Origin: Candidatus Heimdallarchaeota archaeon
GTDB taxonomy: Archaea; Asgardarchaeota; Heimdallarchaeia; Heimdallarchaeales; Heimdallarchaeaceae
Assembly (NCBI GenBank): GCA_016839945.1
Contig: JAEOTE010000093.1
Span: 1 to 13,164, forward strand
DNA: 13,164 bases
Reading direction: 5' to 3'
Of this stretch, positions 7,596-13,164 are shown piece by piece. Below the pieces are notes generated by a model, which saw only the letters and a list, made by a program, of their open reading frames with translations, made no database searches and was not told the DNA's origin. The position numbers and the translations under genes were made by a program. Position 1 is the stretch's first letter. Every line of letters starts with the position of its first letter.

Positions 7596-8564
7596 TTATT
7601 TGAATCCTCTTCTGAGTTCATATTCAGAAGGATCTATTCCTAAACTGTGAGTGACTATTCCTTCTAAGATACCGAATTCTTTCATTCCTTTAACGTAGTC
7701 ACTAATTACATCTATTTGTCTTCTTGCTTCTTCTTGACATTGATCCTTAGAAATTATCATTGAATAAATGTACTCTTCATCAGTTTTGATAATATATTTA
7801 TAGTCTCCAGCAGACAAATATTGAAGCAAACCTCTTTTACCAAACAACTGCTGTGAGAAGCTCTCTATAGCTGATAAGAATCCAGCTAAAAGTGAAGGTT
7901 CTTCTTCTATTCCTAATTTGTCTAGTTCCAGAATTGGAAAACCCTCGATGTCAGCAAGCATAAATAACAAAGGATCAACTTTTCTCTTAACAGCTAATTT
8001 GTTTGTTTGTTTTGTAAGCCAATTAACAGCATTTTCCACATTTTCTCCATTTTTCATGCTTGTCTTGAAGAATTGGTAAGAAGCTTTTTCTTTCTCTGCT
8101 AACTTATAGAGTTCTAGTTTGTTAATTATTGTCTCAAGATCAATACTATCTTCTAAATCAGATTTATTACACAGAAAAAGAATGAGAAACTCATCTTGAG
8201 GATCTTTTTGGTTTATGCTTTTCCAGAATTCTTTCTTAGATTCATCAAAAAGAGCGGGATTAGCAGAATCAATAACAAATACTATACCATAAGCAAGCTT
8301 CACATATGTCTCCCAGATAGTTTTTCTATACGTTATATGACCTCCTAAATCAAATATATCGAAGCGTACATCCCCAATATTTGCGGTTTCAAATTGCAAT
8401 CCCATAGTGGCTTTGGTGAACTTGAACTCTCCAGTTTGTAAGCGTTTTACAAAAGTTGATTTTCCAGCCTGAGCTAAGCCTATTATCACTAAGGGTATGC
8501 CTTTTTTTTCAAATGAAAGTATCTTTGAAGATTCTTGCTCATTCAACTTATATCCATCCCGCAT
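7596..8564 (-). CDS. Arf/Sar1-family small GTPase fused to a C-terminal longin/roadblock-like domain
   Basis: G1 GLAQAGKST, G2 ATMG, G3 FDLGGH, WETY, GIVFVIDS, G4 NKSD, G5 TSMK. Residues ~198-322 contain FMLADIEGFPI and SLLAGFLSAIESFSQQL plus a beta meander typical of Asgard longin/roadblock-like domains. Confidence 0.9.
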   Translation of the reverse strand: MRDGYKLNEQESSKILSFEKKGIPLVIIGLAQAGKSTFVKRLQTGEFKFTKATMGLQFETANIGDVRFDIFDLGGHITYRKTIWETYVKLAYGIVFVIDSANPALFDESKKEFWKSINQKDPQDEFLILFLCNKSDLEDSIDLETIINKLELYKLAEKEKASYQFFKTSMKNGENVENAVNWLTKQTNKLAVKRKVDPLLFMLADIEGFPILELDKLGIEEEPSLLAGFLSAIESFSQQLFGKRGLLQYLSAGDYKYIIKTDEEYIYSMIISKDQCQEEARRQIDVISDYVKGMKEFGILEGIVTHSLGIDPSEYELRRGFK

Positions 8565-8755
8565 TCAAACACTAATAACAATGTTGATTATAAAATCAAA
8601 AATAAATAAACCTTTCTTTAGTTCTCGAAGAACTTGTTTTTTGTGATAAAAAATGAAATAACTAACAAAAAACTAAGTTAAACTAGATTGCTATTTTGTT
8701 ATTATAGAGTTTGCAATAGATTTTTAAAATTCCTTTTTTTCTTGATTTTAATATT

Positions 8756-8762
8756 AAGGTGA
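8756..8762 (+). promoter_or_regulatory. Shine-Dalgarno site of tdh
   Basis: AAGGTGA lies 7 nt upstream of ATG 8770. Confidence 0.7.
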
Positions 8763-8769
8763 ATCAATA

Positions 8770-9729
8770 ATGGCAAAAAGATATTTGATCAGTGGGTCGT
8801 ATGGACAGATCGGTCAAGCATTAATCCCAGCTATGATAGAAAGATATGGTAAAGAGAATGTTATTGCAACAGGAAGAAAGAAAAGAATTCCTTTATTCAA
8901 AGAGCTAGATGTAATTTATCATAGGTTAGATATTAGAGATCAGTATGGTTTAAGATCTTTGCTTGTAGAATATGATATAGATATATTCATCCATAATGCA
9001 TCAGTGCTTTCAGCTACAGGAGAGAAAAATCCTCAACTTGCACATTCGATAAACTTTGAAGGCTTTTACAATGCTCTAGAAGCAAGTCGAGAATTAAGTC
9101 TTGAACAGCTTTTTGCTCCTTCATCAATTGCAGCTTTTGGTCCTACAACTCCATTAGAAAATACTCCAAACACAACAATCATGGAACCAACATCAATTTA
9201 TGGAATAAGTAAAGTCTATACAGAATTAATGGGAAATTACTATAACAAGAAATACGATCTTGATTTTAGAAGCTTACGTTATCCTGGCGTTTTAGGCGTT
9301 GAGGAGCCCGGCGGTGGTACCACAGATTACGCAATCGACATCTTCTATGAAGCGATTAAAACCAAGAAATATACATGTTTTCTAGGATCTGATGTGAGGT
9401 TACCAATGATGCTCATGAGTGATTGTCTTAAATCTACCTTCGATTTGATTGAAGCTCCTAATGAAAAACTCAAACATCGATCTTTCAATGTTACAGCTAT
9501 GAGTTTTACTCCAGAAGAATTAGCAGCTGAAATTAAGAAATACATGCCTGAATTTGAGATAACTTATGAACCTGATTTCAGGGATGGAATTGCGCGAACT
9601 TGGCCTCAATCTTTAGATGATTCTGTCGCTCGAGAGGAATGGGGGTGGCAACCTGAATTTGAATTTGAGGACATGGTTAAATTTATGATGGAAGGTATTA
9701 GTAAGAGATTAGGAATCCCTTACAAATAA
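8770..9729 (+). CDS. tdh: L-threonine 3-dehydrogenase, extended-SDR (GalE-like) type
   Basis: GSYGQIG NAD-binding motif, LSATGEKNP, PSSIAAFG, YGISK catalytic YxxxK, and the family-diagnostic PGGGTTDYA and IARTWP motifs. Confidence 0.92.
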   Translation: MAKRYLISGSYGQIGQALIPAMIERYGKENVIATGRKKRIPLFKELDVIYHRLDIRDQYGLRSLLVEYDIDIFIHNASVLSATGEKNPQLAHSINFEGFYNALEASRELSLEQLFAPSSIAAFGPTTPLENTPNTTIMEPTSIYGISKVYTELMGNYYNKKYDLDFRSLRYPGVLGVEEPGGGTTDYAIDIFYEAIKTKKYTCFLGSDVRLPMMLMSDCLKSTFDLIEAPNEKLKHRSFNVTAMSFTPEELAAEIKKYMPEFEITYEPDFRDGIARTWPQSLDDSVAREEWGWQPEFEFEDMVKFMMEGISKRLGIPYK

Positions 9730-9750
9730 TCTTTTCTTTTTCTTTTTATT
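9730..9750 (+). terminator. Oligo-T archaeal terminator candidate for tdh
   Basis: TCTTTTCTTTTTCTTTTTATT immediately follows the stop, between convergent genes. Confidence 0.55.
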
Positions 9751-9751
9751 C

Positions 9752-10657
9752 CTAAAATTCATCGTCAGTGTAGTCACCAATTAATCCTATAGATTCTGGT
9801 CCGAGATGACTTAATACTGATCCTGAACTTTGTGCGATCTCAATTTCCATTTTTGGATATTTTTCTTTAATGATTTCTGCCATTTTTTCAGCATAATCTT
9901 TCCTGTTTCCATAAACAATAGTAAATGCTTTAGGATCTTTTGTAAAATCTTCTGTGTTAAGTCGTAAGGATTCTACTAATCCTTCTTCCACATCTGTTGC
10001 AGATCCAGCAGTTTCAACGTTTCCTTCTGGATTCATTGTAACAATTGGTTTCTTTCTAAGCATAGAACCTAGCAGAAATTTGGAAGTACCTAGTCTTCCT
10101 CCTTTCCAAAGATATCGTAGAGTTGGTAAGAGGATGATAGTTTTTATCTTGAGAGCTTGTTCTCTAAGAATTTCAGCAATCTTCTCTCCTTCATATCCTT
10201 TCTTTATTAAGTTGAGAGCCATTCGAACGAGATAAACCTCTGGATATGATGCTGACTTGGCATCAACTATATGGATTTTTACATCTTTGTTCTTTCGTGC
10301 AAATTGCTTAGCTGCCAAATTAGAACTATTGATTGTTCCACTTAATCCAGCAGTAACATTAACAACAATTAATTCCTTTGCTCCTTCATCTACTTGTTTC
10401 TGATAAGCATTCAGGAAATCAGCAGGATTGGGTTGTGAAGTTTTAGGTACAAAACTGTAGAGATGAAGTTTAGGTATGTGTAGGAAAGCTTTTTCATCTT
10501 CAAACAATTGATAGTAGCTTTCTCGGTCAAAATTCTCATCTTCAACTAAAGTTTTATCATGAACCATAACATATAGACAAACAACTTCAATATTGTTTTT
10601 CTTTGCAAAATCCCAAGGAATATCAGACGCACTATCTGTAACAATTCGGATAGTCAT
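9752..10657 (-). CDS. DegV/FakB-family fatty-acid-binding protein
   Basis: IRIVTDSASDIP, PKTSQP, LSGT, YLWKGGR, KPI and SHLGP motifs. About 11 extra residues precede PKTSQP. Confidence 0.92.
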   Translation of the reverse strand: MTIRIVTDSASDIPWDFAKKNNIEVVCLYVMVHDKTLVEDENFDRESYYQLFEDEKAFLHIPKLHLYSFVPKTSQPNPADFLNAYQKQVDEGAKELIVVNVTAGLSGTINSSNLAAKQFARKNKDVKIHIVDAKSASYPEVYLVRMALNLIKKGYEGEKIAEILREQALKIKTIILLPTLRYLWKGGRLGTSKFLLGSMLRKKPIVTMNPEGNVETAGSATDVEEGLVESLRLNTEDFTKDPKAFTIVYGNRKDYAEKMAEIIKEKYPKMEIEIAQSSGSVLSHLGPESIGLIGDYTDDEF

Positions 10658-10764
10658 AAACAGAAAATAAAATACAATATTATAAGTTTCCCGATGAAAC
10701 TTATTTTTGTTTCCCTGCCATCTTATGCAATAAAAGAGCTATATAATTCAAGCTAAGGGAGATT

Positions 10765-10782
10765 CTTGACTTTAAATACAAG
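10765..10782. promoter_or_regulatory. TATA box embedded in an imperfect palindrome (operator candidate)
   Basis: CTTGACTTTAAATACAAG matches its reverse complement at 14 of 18 positions. TTTAAATA lies at 10771-10778. Confidence 0.45.
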
Positions 10783-10807
10783 TTTACTTATGATGTGGTG
10801 AACAGAT

Positions 10808-10870
10808 ATGACAAGAAGATATGGCTTACACCCATCTCATGATCGATCTGTTTTCAAAAAACAAAGGTGA
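10808..10870 (+). CDS. Candidate upstream ORF / leader peptide MTRRYGLHPSHDRSVFKKQR (20 aa)
   Basis: GGTGA (10797-10801) lies 6 nt before ATG 10808. The stop TGA (10868-10870) falls inside the GGTGA site of the next gene. Confidence 0.35.
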   Translation: MTRRYGLHPSHDRSVFKKQR

Positions 10871-10874
10871 CAAT

Positions 10875-11483
10875 ATGACTGTAACACAAGGAAGAATTCC
10901 TCTTCCTAGCACTCCTTTAATCGGTTTTAGACTTAATCCAAAGTATAGACATTGGTGGATTAGCATCCTAATGACTATACTTATAGCAATACCTATGGCT
11001 TTGATCATGGCAATAATTGTCTTTGGAACTGAAAATCTTGGACACAACTTTCTAATGAATCTAGTGGCAGCTGGACCAGTTGCTTTTCTCTCAGCTCATT
11101 TTGGTTACAATGGAATCAAAATAAAGAATAGAACTGTCTTACCTGGAATTGGTCCTTTCGCTCAAAAAGTTATGAAATATGACTTTCCTTTGGCGATGAG
11201 ATCACAAACAATGAAACAAATGCTTTCCAGCAAGAAATTCTGGGGTTTTGGACTTATTGTCGATGCACTACTATGTATAGAAATAGCTTTACCTGTATCG
11301 TTTATCAAAGTACCTTGGTTAGCAATGCATTTTGCTCCAGGATGGCCTGGGACTTGGGTGATTGCTTTTGCTCAATCTTACGTTCTAGCATTTGGTATAG
11401 CTTTAGTTGGAATAATCCTAACAATTTGGTTACTTAAAGTATGGATGTGGAAACCAACTCTACTCCCAAAAGTAGAGAATTAA
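10875..11483 (+). CDS. Membrane protein with two DUF2798-like repeats (ORF track start 10821)
   Basis: Two units, each a hydrophobic helix, a G-containing loop and a 'F/W..(N/A)....AF' helix (NFLMNLVAAGPVAF; WVIAFAQSYVLAF), plus GPFAQKV. AGGTGA (10865-10870) precedes ATG 10875. The DUF2798 call is from memory of the pattern. Confidence 0.65.
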   Translation: MTVTQGRIPLPSTPLIGFRLNPKYRHWWISILMTILIAIPMALIMAIIVFGTENLGHNFLMNLVAAGPVAFLSAHFGYNGIKIKNRTVLPGIGPFAQKVMKYDFPLAMRSQTMKQMLSSKKFWGFGLIVDALLCIEIALPVSFIKVPWLAMHFAPGWPGTWVIAFAQSYVLAFGIALVGIILTIWLLKVWMWKPTLLPKVEN

Positions 11484-11491
11484 AAATCCAC

Positions 11492-11516
11492 TTCTTTTTT
11501 TTCTTTTTTTTTCTTT
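11492..11516 (+). terminator. Oligo-T terminator
   Basis: A long T-rich tract (T runs interrupted by single C) starts 9 nt after the stop at 11483. Confidence 0.7.
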
Positions 11517-11595
11517 GTAATCCAATATCTTTAATAATCCGCATAAATAGTGCTAATTTGGGATAAAACCTTATAAAATTCTAAAATTGAAAAAA

Positions 11596-11871
11596 ATGAA
11601 AAAACTTGATTTATTAAAATCTGACATAAAAATGCTTTTTTCAACTATGTACTTGTGTTCGAATTGTAAAAAGGAAATCATTAGGGGAGAAGGTTATTGT
11701 GATGGGTGTGGTGAAGAATTAATTAAAACAAAAGAAGCCAATATATTCAAAAGATTTAATCGAATCTGTTTTTTCAATCAAATTATAATTCTGTTTATCT
11801 CTATTTTTATTTTAGGTATAATCAGTGGTTTCATTGCATTAATTATTTGGTCAGAGATAGGACCTTTCTAA
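11596..11871 (+). CDS. Small zinc-ribbon protein with C-terminal transmembrane helix
   Basis: CSNC-x10-CDGCG and a hydrophobic C-terminus. Start uncertain (11587, 11596, 11632 or 11647); TTTATTAAAA at 11610-11619 favours 11647. Confidence 0.7.
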   Translation: MKKLDLLKSDIKMLFSTMYLCSNCKKEIIRGEGYCDGCGEELIKTKEANIFKRFNRICFFNQIIILFISIFILGIISGFIALIIWSEIGPF

Positions 11872-11944
11872 TAATTTGATACTTGTTATTACCTAGAATA
11901 TTTTTCATTGTATTGCAAAATATAATTAATTTTTTCTTAATGTA

Positions 11945-11979
11945 AACAAGACTTTTAAACAACAGTGGTTTGTCTTGTT
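11945..11979. promoter_or_regulatory. Inverted repeat flanking the TATA-like element upstream of the IMPDH/GMPR gene
   Basis: AACAAGAC (11945-11952) / GTCTTGTT (11972-11979) form perfect 8-bp arms, with inner AAAC/GTTT. TTTTAAAC lies at 11953-11960. Confidence 0.5.
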
Positions 11980-11990
11980 GGATTGAGATT

Positions 11991-13164
11991 ATGAAAGAAG
12001 GTATAACATTTGACGATGTGCTTTTAATTCCGAAATTATCCTCTGTAAACTCAAGAAAAGATATAGACACTTCTACTTATCTTTCTCGAAATATTAAACT
12101 TAATATCCCTATAGTTGCTTCAAATATGGATACAGTTTGCGAGAACCAAATGGCTATAGTCATGGCTCAGCAAGGAGGGATTGGAATAATCCATCGTTTC
12201 ATGTCTGTTGAAGATCAGGTTCAGGAAGTAGTTAGAGTAAAAAGATCTGAGATGTTCAGAATAGATCACCCATATTGTCTTTCTCCTTCTCATACTCTAG
12301 ATGATGCACGAAATATGATGGAAGAAAAGGGTATTTCTGGGATTTTAGTTACAGAAGAAGATGAGAAATTAGTTGGAATACTCACTACACGAGACTTAAT
12401 CTTTGAGGAAAATGGATTTACAAAAATATCAGAATTGATGTCTACTGATTTAGTTACAGCAAATCCTGATATAACAATTGAAGAAGCTGAAAAAGTGCTT
12501 CAAAAAAATCGAATTGAGAAACTCCCTCTGGTTGATAATCATAAAAAACTGAAAGGTCTCATAACATCTAAAGATATTATAAAAAGCAAAATACTTCCTG
12601 ACGCATCAAAAGACGCAAAGGGACGTCTTCTTGTTGGTGCTGCAATAGGAGTAAAAGGAGATTTTCTAAAAAGAGCTGAAGAGCTGATCAATGTAAATTG
12701 TGATGCACTTGTTTTAGATATTGCACATGGACATTCTGATTTAGCAATAAATGCTATGAAGGAAATAAAAAAGAAGCTTGGAGATGTAGAGTTAATAGCG
12801 GGAAATGTTGCAACAGCTAAAGGAACAAAAGATCTTATAGAGGTTGGAGCAGATGGGATTAAAGTTGGAGTAGGTCCAGGTAGTATTTGTGTTACTAGAA
12901 TCGTAGCAGGTTCAGGAGTACCTCAATTAACAGCAATTACTGATAGTGTCTCAGCAGCGAAAAACAATGATATTCCAATCATTGCTGATGGTGGAATTCG
13001 TACTTCTGGTGATGTAGCAAAAGCAATAGCTGCTGGAGCTAATACAGTTATGATAGGCGCACTTTTAGCAGGAACAGAGGAAAGTCCAGGAACTTCGATT
13101 TTAAGACAAGGGAGACGCTATAAAGTTGTCAGAGGAATGGCTAGCACATTTGCTACTTTAGGAA
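11991..13164 (+). CDS. guaB: IMP dehydrogenase / GMP reductase family protein with CBS pair, 3'-truncated by the window edge (guaB-like; motifs favour GMP reductase)
   Basis: Not in the ORF track; translated by hand. [34 protein letters not shown], two CBS repeats, DIAHGHS, AGNVAT, catalytic loop [11 protein letters not shown] (Cys codon 12888-12890), IADGGI, RGMAS. No stop before 13164. Confidence 0.93.
   Translation, partial: MKEGITFDDVLLIPKLSSVNSRKDIDTSTYLSRNIKLNIPIVASNMDTVCENQMAIVMAQQGGIGIIHRFMSVEDQVQEVVRVKRSEMFRIDHPYCLSPSHTLDDARNMMEEKGISGILVTEEDEKLVGILTTRDLIFEENGFTKISELMSTDLVTANPDITIEEAEKVLQKNRIEKLPLVDNHKKLKGLITSKDIIKSKILPDASKDAKGRLLVGAAIGVKGDFLKRAEELINVNCDALVLDIAHGHSDLAINAMKEIKKKLGDVELIAGNVATAKGTKDLIEVGADGIKVGVGPGSICVTRIVAGSGVPQLTAITDSVSAAKNNDIPIIADGGIRTSGDVAKAIAAGANTVMIGALLAGTEESPGTSILRQGRRYKVVRGMASTFATLG

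Noticed and set aside
9345-10235. ORFs 9345-9545 (-) and 9954-10235 (+)
   Set aside because: Shadows of tdh and degV.
10455-10489. degV insert as a spliceosomal-like intron (GC...CTAAAC...CTACAG), a BHB intron, or an Illumina adapter remnant (CTTTCCTACAC)
   Set aside because: GC-AG removal is 35 nt and breaks the frame. The pairing does not give a 3-4-3 bulge-helix-bulge. The adapter similarity is short and gapped and does not continue.
10810-10840. GATATGG resembling the purine riboswitch L2 loop; ATGA...TGAT resembling a SECIS core
   Set aside because: No P2/P3 stems or TTTCTACC junction. The SECIS helix II is poorly paired, and no in-frame TGA selenoprotein is evident nearby.
10826-12070. 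ORFs 10826-11047 (-) and 11843-12070 (-)
   Set aside because: Antisense to the DUF2798-like gene and to the start of the IMPDH/GMPR gene.
1-13164. CRISPR array, tRNA/rRNA, transposase/integrase or defence-system genes
   Set aside because: No regularly spaced repeats, GC-rich RNA-gene segments or matching protein motifs were seen.

Overview
AT-rich, gene-dense archaeal DNA, most likely from an Asgard archaeon (Heimdallarchaeia-like). This assignment is an inference from the gene content, the archaeal TATA boxes, the GGTGA ribosome-binding sites and the oligo-T terminators. Housekeeping genes: a TIGR04084-type radical SAM/SPASM enzyme, the ADP-forming acetyl-CoA synthetase alpha subunit, an SDR-type L-threonine 3-dehydrogenase, a DegV protein, and a CBS-containing IMPDH/GMP-reductase-family gene that the ORF track missed (11991 to window end; motifs favour GMP reductase). 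Two eukaryotic-signature-like proteins lie within about 4.7 kb. One is a longin + DENN-core-like protein (3912-4892). The other is an Arf-family GTPase with the Sar1-type FDLGGH G3 motif fused to a longin/roadblock-like domain (7596-8564). Between them is a chain of overlapping small two-helix membrane genes with a repeated junction sequence. Other unexplained structure: a 77-nt hairpin in the leader of the DENN-like gene; a K-turn-like leader with a 20-codon upstream ORF before a tandem DUF2798-like membrane gene; an HExxH->HQxxH pseudo-protease; a probable ATT/CTG start codon; and a templated 33-nt in-frame insertion in degV. No rRNA, tRNA, CRISPR array or mobile element was recognised. All family assignments come from motif recognition by eye, not from database searches.
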